This document shows, piece by piece, positions 13,313 through 25,770 of a stretch of DNA of 64,000 nucleotides. This stretch comes from Felis catus (taxonomy: Eukaryota): contig NC_058383.1 in assembly GCF_018350175.1 (NCBI RefSeq), forward strand, positions 23,996,001 to 24,060,000, given 5' to 3'. The notes under the pieces were generated by a model. The model was not told the origin of the DNA. It was given only the letters and a program-made list of their open reading frames with translations, and did no database searches. Position 1 is the first letter of the stretch; the number at the start of each line of letters is the position of its first letter. The translations under genes and the position numbers were made by a program.

Positions 13313-14156
13313 ATTCAAATGTTATGACTTTTTATATAATAATTATGATTAATACTTGAGCATTTTGCTATGTACTAGACCATGTGCTGATTCCTTATAT
13401 GCCATATTATATTTCCTCACAACCTTCATTTGAAATAAATATACAGTCCCTATTTTATAGCTGAGAAATCAAATTACATGCCCCAGATCATAAAACTCAT
13501 AAAAAGGGAATCCAAGAATCAAATGTAGATATGGCTGACTCTAAATCCCACAGGACCATTTTAAGTTTATTGTGTTGCAACTCCAGTATAAACCTAGTAT
13601 TTGTCAAGAAAGGGGTTAAACAACCCCTGTTCCAGGTCAGACTCTGCTGAACAGTGGAGGATTGCTATACTGACTACACTGTGCCAGCTCTGAAAGCCTT
13701 GGCTCTAGCAGCCAAATGACAGAATTTAAGAAGTCTGGTCAGTCTAATAAAGGCAACAGCATCATCACTCTGTAATTTCTTTATCACAATTTCCTTCCTT
13801 TTAGTGATCTCCATTTACTTATGGCTTCTGTCCATGTTCTTGGTCCCAAACTTCCCTTCTCCACAACTTTTAGGCCTACTGGCCTATATCCTTCATCCCA
13901 AAGGGCCTATATCCCTGTTGGTAATGGTAAAAAGAGAGGACTTCTGGAACCAAGGTTGTAAACGAAATAAATGCTTTGTTCAGGAAATTTAATCTTCTAT
14001 TGGAAAACTGGCCTACACTGTAAAATTTACAGCAACATAAGTGATTTCAAGCTTCAAGTACATCCTGTGAACACTATAAAAAAGACTGGTCTCAGAATTT
14101 TTATTCAAAGTTATTATTTGCTAAGTATTATTTATACTGATAATGTCACTTAAAGA

Positions 14157-14206
14157 ATTTTAATGGTTATTATTTTTGAGAGATGGAACACAAGTGGGGG
14201 AGGGGC

Positions 14207-14239
<33 letters not shown>

Positions 14240-14820
14240 CAGAATCCGAAGAGGGGTCCAGGCTCTGAGCTGTTAGCACAGAGCCCCATATGGGGCTTGA
14301 ACACATGAACTGTGAGATCATGACCTGAGCTGAAGTTGGATGCTTAACTGACTGAACCACGACTTAATGTCGCTTCTTAAAAATGTTCATTTATTTTTGA
14401 GACAGAGTGAGCACAAGCAGGGGAGGGGCAGGGGCAGGACAGAAGATCTGAAGCAGGCTCTGTGCTGACAGCAATGAGCCTGATGCAGGGCTTGAACTCA
14501 TGAACTGCGAGATCATGACCTGAGACCAAGTCAGATGCTCAGCCGACTGAGCCACCCAGGTGCCCCAATAATGTCACTTTTTAAAAAACCAAATAGGGAT
14601 GCCTGGGTGGCTCAGGTGCTTAAGTGTTCCACTCTTGATTTCAGCTCAGGTCATGATCTCACAGTTTGTGAAGTCGAGCCCTGTGTCAGGCTCTGCGCTG
14701 ACAGTGCACAGCCTGCTTGTGATTCTCTTCCTCCCAATCTCTGTCTCTCTCTGCTCTTTCCTTGTTCACATGCATGCACTCTCTCTTTCTCAAAATAAGT
14801 AAACTTTAAAAATAAAATAA
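14157..14820. mobile_element. Three CanSINEs (14157-14360 minus, 14378-14567 minus, 14596-14820 plus)
   Basis: Repeated target motif taatgtc.ctt between the copies. Confidence 0.9.
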
Positions 14821-14894
14821 AAAGCCAAAGAAATGTTTGTACCACTTTACCATTTTGAGGTATTATTGTTTGAAGTAAAAGAAATTTACTGGCC

Positions 14895-15232
14895 CAAATA
14901 TTTAACTGATGAATAGATAATGGATAAATATATCTGACAATGAAAAGACTAATTACTAAAGTACTAATATTTACTATAATATGGATGAACCTTGAAAACA
15001 TTACACTAAGTGAAATAAGCCAGTCATAAAAGACCACATGTTGTATGATTCCACTTACATGAAATGTCCAGAACAGGCAAATCCTTAGAGACAGAAAGTA
15101 GATTGGTCCCCTCGCCTAAGAACAGGATGTTGGGGGGTGATGGCTAAGGGATGGGAGTTTCTCTCTGGGGTACTGAAAATGTTCTAAAATTTTCAAAAAA
15201 AAAAAAAAATTAAATAAAAAAAATTTTTTTTA
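14895..15232 (+). mobile_element. Old L1 3' fragment
   Basis: atggatgaaccttgaaaacattacactaagtgaaataagccagtca...gacagaaagtagatt L1M signature. Confidence 0.85.
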
Positions 15233-15357
15233 AAGCAGTGTACTGGCAAAAGACTCAAAAGACCATTGAAAAAATTGTTAGTGCTTTTTAAATTAAAGGA
15301 GAACATAATTTCAAGATTTTTGCCCTCTTAGGTAGAACCAAATTCTGTCCTTCACTA

Positions 15358-16156
15358 TGTCAGGTCCAAAGCGATTGCCAAAATGAAGTTCTAGACAGAC
15401 TGCTTTGTTCAAACTGATGTTACAAAGCTCCTTCATGCAAAAGTACCTCTGTAATCACTTAAATTGTTACCATTCAGGGGAGAGGGCTTATTGTTTAATA
15501 ATTTTTTATTATTTAATAAATGGTGTTTAATAAATATCTGCTTGGGCAGCTTATAATTTTAATGTTTTAAACCAACGACCCCAATCTGTAGGCCAGGATC
15601 TACTTGTGATCTTGAACTCTAACATGAGAGATGTCAAGCACCACAGTCCCTTATCTGAGGTTTCCAGGATTTCCTGTGGAGAGGGTAGTGGGTAGCAGAA
15701 TGGGAAATGATACTCTTTCAAAGTCTTTCACTTCCCCAAGCACCTGCCAGTTTTTATACTTGAGCGAAAAGAAATCTCTTCCTCACAAAATGCCAGCCGT
15801 CTCCTAGGTGTCAAGTGGTTTTCTCCCCCCATGAGGGATAGGGGTGTGTGGGAGGGGGAGGCTATTAGAATAATGTTCTTAGCTTATCTGTGTCCCCTCA
15901 CTTATTCCTTCCCAGGTCAGAGGAATGACTTCGACTGGCAGTTATGAAAAAATTGGGTATATGTGGTCCCACTTTTTGTCCTTGGGAGCAAGTCGCCCAT
16001 AAGGAGCCCTCATTTCCTCTGTTCTTTCAGGCTGGAAGTCTTATAGGGCAGGTGCCTCAGTCCTGTTTGGGACTGGATGGTTAAGTTTGTTCAATCGTGA
16101 GATCCAGTAAGAAGAGGAAGTTGCTTGCCCGCAGATAAAAGCCATGTTCTCCAATA
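15358..16156 (-). mobile_element. Probable solo LTR (ERV-like), family not identified
   Basis: ~800 bp block of distinct composition starting TGTCA, with minus-strand TATAAA (~15753) and AATAAA (~15505). Confidence 0.45.
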
Positions 16157-16562
16157 TTCTCTTTAGCAGCAATAAAATAATATCATGGGTCCTAATTATT
16201 CTTTCTTTCCCTCAGTTCAGAATAACAAGCAGGAAAGAGTGTGTCGGTTATTGTGACTCCTTACACACTCTAAACAATTTTAAAAAGAATGAAAATCTTA
16301 GGAATAAATACACTCTGACAGACTACAAAGTGAATGTGATAACCAACTGTATAAAAGGAAATTTTGATTAGACATAAAGGAGGAATTCCTCTATGTACTG
16401 GAAGAGACTTTTGGAAAACATTTGGAAATCTTCGTTAAGAACACTAAGAAAATTCATCTAGGATGATTTAGGATGGTATAACCCTAAACGGTCACTACAA
16501 TCTTTGCTGTAAAGGATGATGCCTCAAAAAAGGAATCTCTAGATCATTTTTTTCTAGATCAT

Positions 16563-16595
16563 CTTTTTCAGTTTATTTGAGAGCGAGAGGGAGAG

Positions 16596-16651
<56 letters not shown>

Positions 16652-17271
16652 CGCGTGCGCGTACACATGAGAGGGGGAGGGGCAGAGAGACGGGAGAGAG
16701 AGAATCCCAAGCAGGCTCAGCACTGGCAGTGCAGAGACCTATGTGGGGCTTCAACCCGTGAACTGTAGGATCATGACCTGAGCCGAAATCAAGAATCAGA
16801 CGCTTAACCAGCTGAGCCACCCAGGAGCACCGAAATCATTTTATTCATCAGAAGCAGCTTTGCTTAATTGTTGACCTTGTTAGAATTAACTCAATAATAA
16901 AACTCCCCCCACCCCTCCCCAAAAATTTGTCTCTCTAGAGATGAGAAAACAGTGACAGTGAAGTTAAGGGACTTGTACAAAGCGAAGGACATCACTTTAA
17001 GACTAAAATCCAAATCTCCCTCTTCTGTAATCTGGCAAGAACTTCAGCCACTTTAGAATTTTAATCTTGTTGGGGCACCTGGGTGGCTCAGTCGGTTGAA
17101 CATCCAACTTCGGCTCAGGTCATGATCTTGCATTTTGTGAGTTCGAGCCCTGTGCTGGGCTCTGTGCTGACAGCTCAGAGCCTGGAGCCTGCTTCAGATT
17201 TTGTGTCTCCCTCTCTCTCTCTGCCCCTCTCCTCATGCTAACTCTCAAGAATAACATAAAAAAAAAAAAAA
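16563..17271. mobile_element. Head-to-head CanSINE pair (16563-16832 minus, 17072-17271 plus)
   Basis: Long (GA)n in the first copy; TSD agaattttaatcttgtt around the second. Confidence 0.92.
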
Positions 17272-18104
17272 GAATTTTAATCTTGTTAAGTAAAAAAAGG
17301 TATGCATAAGTAAGATATAGGTAATACTTCAATCAGGGGTTTTCTTGAAGGGAATATGCAACACTGAAACTCAAATCTCATGTGCAAAGCATTGACATGT
17401 GGGAAAAGATGTAGAAATGGCTATTCTACATTGGCTAAATATAAAAAGCCTAAGAAATCAAACCAAGTCATGGATGTTAAGTTGCTTCAAAACCTATAAA
17501 GCACTATATAAAATGAAAGATACTGCTATGAGTTCCAGTAACCAGAAGAAATTTGATCGTGGCACAGCAGAATTATGCAATTTTGCCATGATATTCAACT
17601 GCCATTCAGTATTTTTTATTAACAGAAAACACTAAGGGTCCTTACTGAAGTGCCCCCCCCCCTGCCCCCATGTACTTCCTTCATACCTATTTCATTAGGT
17701 CTTCAAAAGTTTGTGCAGAACCTACAGGATAGCAGAACAAGCTCAGGACATGTTACCACATACAGACGAGAAAAGAAGGAATGTACTTTCTCTGTATTTG
17801 CACCAATACAATAAAAACAAACAATTCTGCCAGTACGAAGCATGGCCCATAAACTTATGAGAGTACAGTTTATTAGTCAAGATTTTAGGAAATTATCCTA
17901 TCCAGTTATTTATTGTTTTTGGATTATTTCATTTCCTTCTGTGGTACTTCAAGCAGAAACTGAGGAGTAGAGAAACTAGAATATGGTGATGAAAGACTAA
18001 ATGAAGAAGAACAGTACAGGAGTAATGCAGAAATGCCAAGAGAGAAGACGAATTTCACTTGTGATAAGCCTGGCCATATTTTTTTTAACATTTATTATAA
18101 AAAA

Positions 18105-18308
18105 AATTTTTTTTTAATGTTTATTTTTGAGAGAGAGAGAGAGAGGCAGACAGACAGGCAGAGAGAGAGGGAGACACAGAATCCAAAGCAGGCTCCAGGC
18201 GCTGAGCTGTCAGCACAGAGCGCAACGCGGGGCTTGAACCCACCAACTGTGAGATCATGACATGAGCTGAAGTCGGACACTTAACCGACTGAACCACCCA
18301 GGTGCCCC
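18105..18308 (-). mobile_element. CanSINE
   Basis: Reverse SINE; tggccat repeated at both flanks. Confidence 0.92.
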
Positions 18309-19819
18309 TGGCCATTTTATTCTTGATACTGCCTTATACCCAAGAACACCCAATAAAGAAAATGTGTCGGTTCTCACAGTAACAAGTTCTGAGCTTTAAT
18401 TTCAAAAAATCAACATGTTATTATAAATGAGAACAGCAATACAACAATGTCTAGCCTTTAATGAGCACTTATTGTGTGTTAGGCACTTTCTAAATGTTTT
18501 ACATGGATTAAATCAATCATCATAATAATCCAATGAGGCAGGTACTACTAATATCCCTATTTTACAGAGGAAGAACTATAAAGAGAGGCTAAGTGACTTG
18601 CCCCAAATCAAACAGCTAGTAAATGATGAAGTTTGGATTTGAATCCTGAAACTTTCTGTACTAGTTCATGGCAGTGGTTTTCAAATTATATCTGCAGAAC
18701 CTTTCGGCTCTACGATTCAACTTTCAAAATACATTTTGTTCACTTAAAAAACTGCAGTAAAAACATCACAGTCAAAATATGCTGTATTTAATGCACTGAG
18801 GGAATCAACACAATAACCTTTTGCTGCTAGGCTATCACTTCTGTACAGATCTTAGAATAAAGCTGGTCCTGTCACCTCTGCGATCTTATTCGAACTTCCT
18901 GTAAATGTTTCATTGATTTGGAAGGTGGAATTCTGTCCAGATTAAAAAAAAAAATTTCGAGTAGATCTGTCTGCTCAAATAAAAGTGTACATTGAGTGTA
19001 CAAACTCTCTATCAACTTCAAGTGTATCTTACCACAACGCAAGAGCTCAAGAGTCAACAAAGGAACATCACATTTAAGTTCTGGGGGGCTTACTGTCTGA
19101 TATATTTAAGGTGATAAACAGGGGTTAGATATGATTTGGAAAAATTTCCTACCGTTCCTACTATCTCCTGTTCCAAGCTACAAAGTTTTTAATTGAAGGG
19201 TGAGATGGCAAGGGAAACTATTAGGAGAAAGATCACCTCTCCCACCTGTTTTAGCCACACATCCCCACTGACACTCCGGACCTCGTGCCCACAATTTCCT
19301 GCCCTTCCACTTTGCCGTATCAATCACTCCCAGCCAGTCCTTCAATTCTGTTGGGTTCGCGATGCCACTGACCATATACCATCAACCGTTTCCTTTATTA
19401 ACTTTTACTTTTTATCCAGCTGAGAATCCATGAACCAGCATTACAGGGACATTTTGGCTAATAGTTAAACACCTTTGTTCCTTTGTGATTTTGTTGCATT
19501 TCACTGGCAAACTCCAATCACGAAGGAAACGTTCTATTGGTTTTCACCACTGACTGGTATCAAAGCAGCAGAGCACTACCAGAGGTCAACAAGGCAGCTG
19601 GCTGATCGCACTGTATGTTCTTCACCACTGACTTCAGTGAGGCTTCCACAATGCTAGACAATCCTACTATGTCACTGGTTGGCATGCTTGCTCTGCAATT
19701 GTTTACCTATTTCAAACATTTTCTACTTCCTTCGATCAGCGGACTTCTGTCCCTCCCATCTCTGCAGCAACTCACAGCTGAAGACTTTGTCTACTGTTAT
19801 GAAGGAGTTATTCCCATCC

Positions 19820-20114
19820 TGCACAGTTGAAAATCCATGCATAATTTTTTACTCCCCCAAAACTTAACTACTAATAGCCTGTCGACTGGAAGCCTTGCCA
19901 ATAGCATAAATAGCTGATCAACACATGTTTTGTAGGTTATATGCATTATATACTGTATTCTTAGAATGAAGGAGGCTAGGGAAAAGAAAATGTTAAGATA
20001 ATCATAAGACAAAATATTTACAGTACTGTATTTATTTAAAAAAAAAAAAAAAAAAAGGTCCACGTATAAGTGGACCAGAGCAGCTCAAACCCATGTTGTT
20101 CAATGGCCAACTGT
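19820..20114 (-). mobile_element. TcMar-Tigger (Tigger2-like) DNA transposon fragment
   Basis: Ends cgtataagtggacc..gcagctcaaacccatgttgttcaatggccaactg, a Tigger2-type terminal sequence. Confidence 0.75.
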
Positions 20115-22025
20115 GTATCTTTCCCACGGACATTTAGTCTATTTTTTACATTGGGATTCACCTAAAAGCACGTTGCAGAAAGCATCTTCTCTGCTAGAAC
20201 AGTGAAACCTCTTTGCCCCTAAGTATAAAAAGCCCCAAAGCCTCATAAACGGAGTCACTGCACATATAATTAGGATAAAAAAAAACAGGTCATGAAGTGG
20301 ATGTCACACATATAACTGTACAAACTGACACTAACATTTTCAGAAACAGCATATGTAGTTTCATCAAATTCCAAACCATCCTATCCTTTCTTACACACCT
20401 CACAAGTTTAAAAAAACTGAGATATAATCGATGTATAACATCTTGTACATAAGGAGTAGAACGTGCTGCTTTGATACATTTATATATTGTGAATTTACCA
20501 CAGTAGCATTAGCTAACAGCTCAGTCACATCATAATCGTCATGCATGTTTTACCATTAAGAGCTCTGCTAGAACTGTAGAGGCAAGAAAAGGAGAATTTT
20601 TTAGTGTTATTTTAATAACCCGTAAATCTGACAGCATGATTTTGTGTTACTAGATCTAGATGGAGGAGAGGAGGCAGGGAGGAGGGAGCAACAAATGTCC
20701 CAGCTACAGCTTTCTTTTTTTTTTAAGAGCTAAATATACTGCAGGATAAATACAGACCCGTAAGTAATACTTAAGAAGTAACTTTGACAGCACAGTGATA
20801 CATTTTTATAACAAATTATTCACGGAGGGAGTCTGACAGTCCCAACCCCCCTATATTCCCTTCACCTGCACTGAACGAGCAGTTAGAAAACAGGCTCATT
20901 CCTTCATTCCAGTCAGCTCTCCTGACAGCTGTTACGTTAATTACAGGGCTGGTCTCACAGGTCTGGGTGAGTGTGAGTGCGTACAGGTACGTGTGTGCGA
21001 TGACGGCCCAAGCTGAGAAAAATCCCGCACCCGGGATCCCCTTCAGAAAGATGCCTACTTCTCTCCGGAGGGCACCACCTTGTCTCTGCTGCCTCCAGCT
21101 CGGTGGTGTTCCAGCGGGCACCGCTGCTGCTGCCGGGCTGCCTGCAACTCTAATGTGTTATTTAATTTTGTAACTACTATTAAGATCTCTAAAGCGTTTT
21201 TGTGATGCGCTGGAATGAAAGATGCTCCATAAAATGAAGTTTATTATTAGTATTATTACAGCTCCCGGGCCTAAAATAAAGCAAAATTATAACCACACAG
21301 ACTTCAAAGGGAAAATCGGAAGCCACATGCGTCTTAAACACAGCCGAGCGGGCAGGGGATGGGCGAGGGCGCGGGGAGGGGACCCGCACGCAGCACACCA
21401 GCTCCTCCAGCGCATTAACCCTGCCTGGTCGGGCCACCGGGCACCCGGCCGCAGCTCCCTCCCTCGGGGGACCGGGGCCGGACCTGACTCCCGTCGCAGC
21501 TCTCTGGTGGTCCTCGCACTGCCCCACGGGCTACCTCGCTCCCAGCCCCGGCTCCCCGCCTCGTTTCTAATTCCTGCCCAGGCGCCTCAGTTTTCTCCAG
21601 AGCGGTTTCTTCCCGTCTCCCACCTGGACTCCCCTACCCCCGCCCCCAATCCAGGACGAAGCTCGTTCCTCCTCGGTCCCTCAGGTCCGGCGACCGTCTC
21701 CCCGCCACCCCCCCTTCTCCGTCCGGGACCCGCCAGCCCAGCCCAGGTCTCCTCGCCCTTCGGCCACTTTTCGCTCAGCCCGGGGCGCCGCTCCCCTCAG
21801 CCCCGGGGTCCCGCTCGCGCCCGCGCGTCCTCCTCTCCATTTCCTCTCCCCTCCGGCCCCCGGGGCGCCCGGCCCCGCCACCCCGGACGCCTCTCCGCCC
21901 CCTCCCTCCTCAGGCCGCCCCCCTCCTCGCAGCCGCCGGCCCCGTCTTCCCCCCGGCCGGGTCTCCCCTCCCCTCCCTCAGCCCTCAGCCAATCCCCCGC
22001 CCGGCCCCGCGCGCCCGCCGCTCAC

Positions 22026-22131
22026 CCGCGGACTCCCCGGTGTTGATCCAGTCCGGGTTGGCGATGCTGGCGATGGCGAAGATATCGGCGGCCAGAAAGA
22101 GACATCCTGAGATGATGGTCAGTTTATCCAT
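22026..22131 (-). CDS. MOSMO: MOSMO (C16orf52/Atthog) coding exon 1, MDKLTIISGCLFLAADIFAIASIANPDWINTGESA+G
   Basis: ATG at 22131 in strong context (gagATGg). Peptide matches the recalled MOSMO N-terminus with its first TM helix. The 106-nt coding portion ends at a GTGAG donor (plus strand ctcac 22021-22025). No further MOSMO exon was recognised in 1-22025. Confidence 0.96.
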
Positions 22132-22180
22132 CTCCCCGCCCCGCTCCCCCCACCCCCCGAGCCCCGGGCAGGCCGCGGCC

Positions 22181-22198
22181 TCACGCCTCCCGCCCCAT
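22181..22198 (-). other. Short upstream ORF (MGREA*) in the presumed MOSMO 5' UTR
   Basis: ATG GGG CGG GAG GCG TGA ends 49 nt upstream of the main ATG. Presence in the mRNA depends on the TSS, which is inferred to lie near 22300-22370. Confidence 0.6.
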
Positions 22199-22829
22199 GG
22201 GCCGCCGCCGGGGCCCGGAGTCCCCGCGCCGCCGCCTCGCGCCCCCTCGGCCCCCGCGCGCCACTCGCGCCCTCCGCGCGCCCGGGACCAGCAGCCGCGG
22301 CGCGGCCCGCACAGCCGGAACCGCCGCCCGCCCCGGAACTGCTCGGCTCGCCCGCCCCTCACCCGGAAGCGAAGCCTCGGCGCTGTTGAGGCCAGACCGG
22401 GTCCCGGGCTGTCGCGTCCCTGCTCTGTTCTCCCGGCTGTGCCGCCCGCCTCGCAGCCCCGGCCCGCGGCCCCCGACCCTCCCCACCGTCCCGGGCTCGG
22501 CTGCCCCGGCCTCTAATGGGCTTCACTGTCTCGCTGCCCTGGAGCCGGACTGGCACCGGCCCAGGCCCATTGCCCCGCGCCTACCTGCAGGCCACGCCGC
22601 CTTTGAGCTTTCTTGCCAATAATAATGTTATCGTTGTTAATGACTGGTGACAAAATGCCCCTCAGTCTTTAGCCTTTCAAAACGGACACTGGATTGATGG
22701 GTGGGAGACTCTGCCAAGTGACCCGGGGCCCCGTACAGCCCTTGTCACCTTGTGTTAACATTGCCCCTTCCGCGTCGTTCAGCTCCAGGACTGCCCCATT
22801 TAGGAAATAACTGTCGACACCTAGTGGGG

Positions 22830-23635
22830 TTACTGGGCTGGACTTGCGAGACAAGGTTCCCAATCTCCGGAAGCTTACATCCTGGTGGGGAAGAGGCAAA
22901 CATGTTAAAAATTTATCTTTAAAAATGGTCATTTCAGGTGTTGCTTTATGAACTAAATGGGGGTCGGTCTGATGTGGGGGGAGGAGGAGGGCTCTGGTGA
23001 TGCTTAGGATGGTCAGGGAAGGTTCACTGAGACCACCACTATCGTAAACGCCTAACGTGTGAAGATTTGGGCAGGACTACTCCAGACGGAGGGAGAAGCA
23101 AGTGCAAAGAGGATTAGGGGAAGGGACAAGGAAGAGGTTGGCTTGTTCAAGGAACTGTGGAATAGCCTGTTTGGCTGGACGGTAGTATGAAAAGACAGAG
23201 AGGTAGGCGGAGACCAGATGTAGGGTTTGGGGAGCCATGGTAAAGGGTCTGGATTTTGTTCTAAGTGCAAGCGAAAGGCACAGGAGGTTTTCAGCAGGAG
23301 ACTGACAAGGTCTTATTTAATCTGTAAAGATAGTGTAGTTGGGGAAGGGGGTGGGGGGACAGGAATGAAAGGGATACCAGTTAACAGGCAAAGTACTCCA
23401 GGAGAGAAAGAAATGTAGCTTTAGCTAGGATGCGAATAGTGAAGATGGAAAAAATGGCTGGCTTTGGGTGTTTTATAGGCAAGGAAAACGACCGACCATG
23501 GGGGAGGAGTTGAAACAAAGAAAGGCCTCAGGAATGACTCTTAAGGTTTTGGCCTGAGTAACCAGGTGTTTGGTGATAGTATTTACTGAGTTGAGGCCTG
23601 AGGAGAAGCTTAGTTTGGAAGGATAAACAGAAACA
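22830..23635 (-). mobile_element. L2 LINE remnant
   Basis: ggtcagggaaggttcactgag, gcaagtgcaaagagga, ggttttggcctgagtaacc..atttactgag L2 signatures. Confidence 0.75.
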
Positions 23636-24529
23636 AAACAAACAAGACATTGGCATAGTTTGTTGGCAATACAGATGATTTCTCCGTCTATAATTTTACT
23701 ATCTAGTGGAGGTTGCTTTTTCTTTTGTGACTGACTCTTGGACCAAGTCACCATTAACCTTAACTTTGGATCCAGCTCTTTCTTTCCTGGATAGTCCCCC
23801 ACGCAGCAAATAAGAGATGGGACAGTCATCTTCTCCTTAAATGCCACATAGGTCATCTCAAGAAAGACCTGGAAGGTTGACATCTGTCTCTATTTTGGGA
23901 ATGCCTACATGTTCCCAAAACTCAGCAAGTTTCAAATTCCACCAAATCCAACAGCTTTGCAGAAACTTGCAGAGTTATCAGTGTCACCACATAGATTGGG
24001 TAAGGAGGGATTTAATTGCTAATCTATAGACTTTCCTCTCCAAACATTGGTCTCCTGGGGGGAAGGATTTTTTTTTTTTTAATTATTATGACACCGTTTA
24101 GTTTTCCTCTGCCACAGAAATAGGCACAAGCTGATTGATATATTCCAGGGACTCAGATATGCATATCACATTACTGCAGCAGGGTTTCACTTTTTTTTTT
24201 TTTTAAAGTACTGGAGAAGTTTGATGGAGTCATATTCTTGGCTTCTCGTCCAGAGTTTCTATTGCCCAGGCATAGAAGAAACTCCCAGCTTTATAGTTCT
24301 GAATTCTCAAATAATGTCCGCTGATGTTCACTACTAGGCATTGATGAGAATCCTGAGGTGAACTGTTGGAACAGTTTGCCTGTGAGTGGTATGGTGATCA
24401 CTTGATCATTGCGTTTAAAAAATACGAGTGTAAATTCCCTTCTACCTGGGCAGCACTTCCCAGTCCCTCCTACCTCTGCCCCTCTACAAAAGGTTCTGGA
24501 TCTAAGATAAAAGGATAAAAACAAGCTGT

Positions 24530-24670
24530 ATAATGGGAACTAGACTTATTGTGGTGATCATTTCATGACATCTATGAATATCAAATCGCTATATTGTGCA
24601 CCCAAAACTAATATGTCAACTATATTTAAATTTAAGGGAAAAAAACCAATTTAGAGTTAAAAAAAAATTG
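24530..24670 (+). mobile_element. Short L1 3' end
   Basis: actagacttattgtggtgatcatttca...aaactaatatgtcaactata followed by an A-rich tail. Confidence 0.75.
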
Positions 24671-24924
24671 AGAAAATTTTCACCAGATTAATGGCCACAA
24701 GTCACTTCAGAAAGTCACCTTCCCATTGCTTCTTTACCACCCAGCGTGGGGGTGGGAGGGGTGGGCAGGGACTAAATACTCTGATTACATATTTTCCATT
24801 AATCCTGATTTTAGTCCCATATCTCATTCTCTACTTCCAACATACCTGGTATTGCAGAGTCCTGGATCTGTCCGAGATCTACAGGACAGATCAGTTCCCT
24901 TCTCCTCTATATCCCAGTCTACAT

Positions 24925-25150
24925 TTTATTTTATTTTTTATTAAATGTTTTTATTTGTTTTTAGGAGAGAGAGAGAGAGAGCACATGCATACATGAGTGT
25001 GGTAGGGGCAGAGAGAGAGGGAGGCTGAGGATCTGAAGTGGGCTCTGTGCTGACAGCAGAGAGCCCATTGCAGGGCTCAAATTCACAAACCATGAGATCA
25101 TGACCTGAGCCAGAGTCAGATGCTTAACTGACTGAGCCCCCACTCCCACC
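24925..25150 (-). mobile_element. CanSINE
   Basis: Reverse SINE; TSD cccagtcta.atttta. Confidence 0.9.
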
Positions 25151-25770
25151 CCCAGTCTAGATTTTAGTAGAGGCAAACTCTAGGGTTCATGAGAGGTGGT
25201 GTGGTGGAGCAAAAAGGATACAGAACTATATTCTAGTCCCCTCCCTTCTACTGACTTGAACTTGGGAAAGTCAGACATTCTGCTTCAGTGGGAGAAGCTC
25301 CCCATCTCCTCACTCTCCCTTAAGCAAAGCAGCTGGGGCTATTTCATTCAGAGAGATGAGCCACAGGGATCCTTAAGGCAGAAAATCCTTGGGGACCCAG
25401 AAGGCCCCCGGAAGGGATCTATGCTGGCAGCCTTAAGTCATAAATAGCCATTCTGCGGCTGTTAAGGGGCTGTGAACACAGTGTGCTTTATCATGATGGA
25501 TGGTAGGCTTTGGCCCAACAGAGGCTGAATCCAGATGGGACCTTGGTGAAAGCTGTGGAGGGGACTATATAATCACTCTTCTCTTTAAGGAGTATCTTTG
25601 GCCTGACAGGATAAAGAACACACTGCTTCCCCAGGGGGTCAAGTTCACCATGAAGGCCAAGAGTTTGGTGGCTGCACCATATACATGCACCTGGGGGTTC
25701 TGGGATTAGATAAAACCAAAGAGCTAAATCCAGAGGTTAACAGTTTGTGCCTTGGGCTCAAATCTCCTTT

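Larger units (their letters stand above)
21300..22620. promoter_or_regulatory. CpG island / MOSMO promoter and first exon
   Basis: Very GC- and CpG-rich block with multiple GC boxes and ETS-type CCGGAA cores near 22316, 22333 and 22363; spans MOSMO exon 1. Confidence 0.92.

Noticed and set aside
21222..22622. Long Pro/Arg/Gly-rich ORFs (274, 158, 141, 125 aa) around the MOSMO promoter
   Set aside because: Expected from stop-codon scarcity in a CpG island; only 22026-22131 on the minus strand matches a real protein
23473..23883. 136-aa minus-strand ORF upstream of MOSMO
   Set aside because: No recognisable homology; its distal part runs into an L2 remnant
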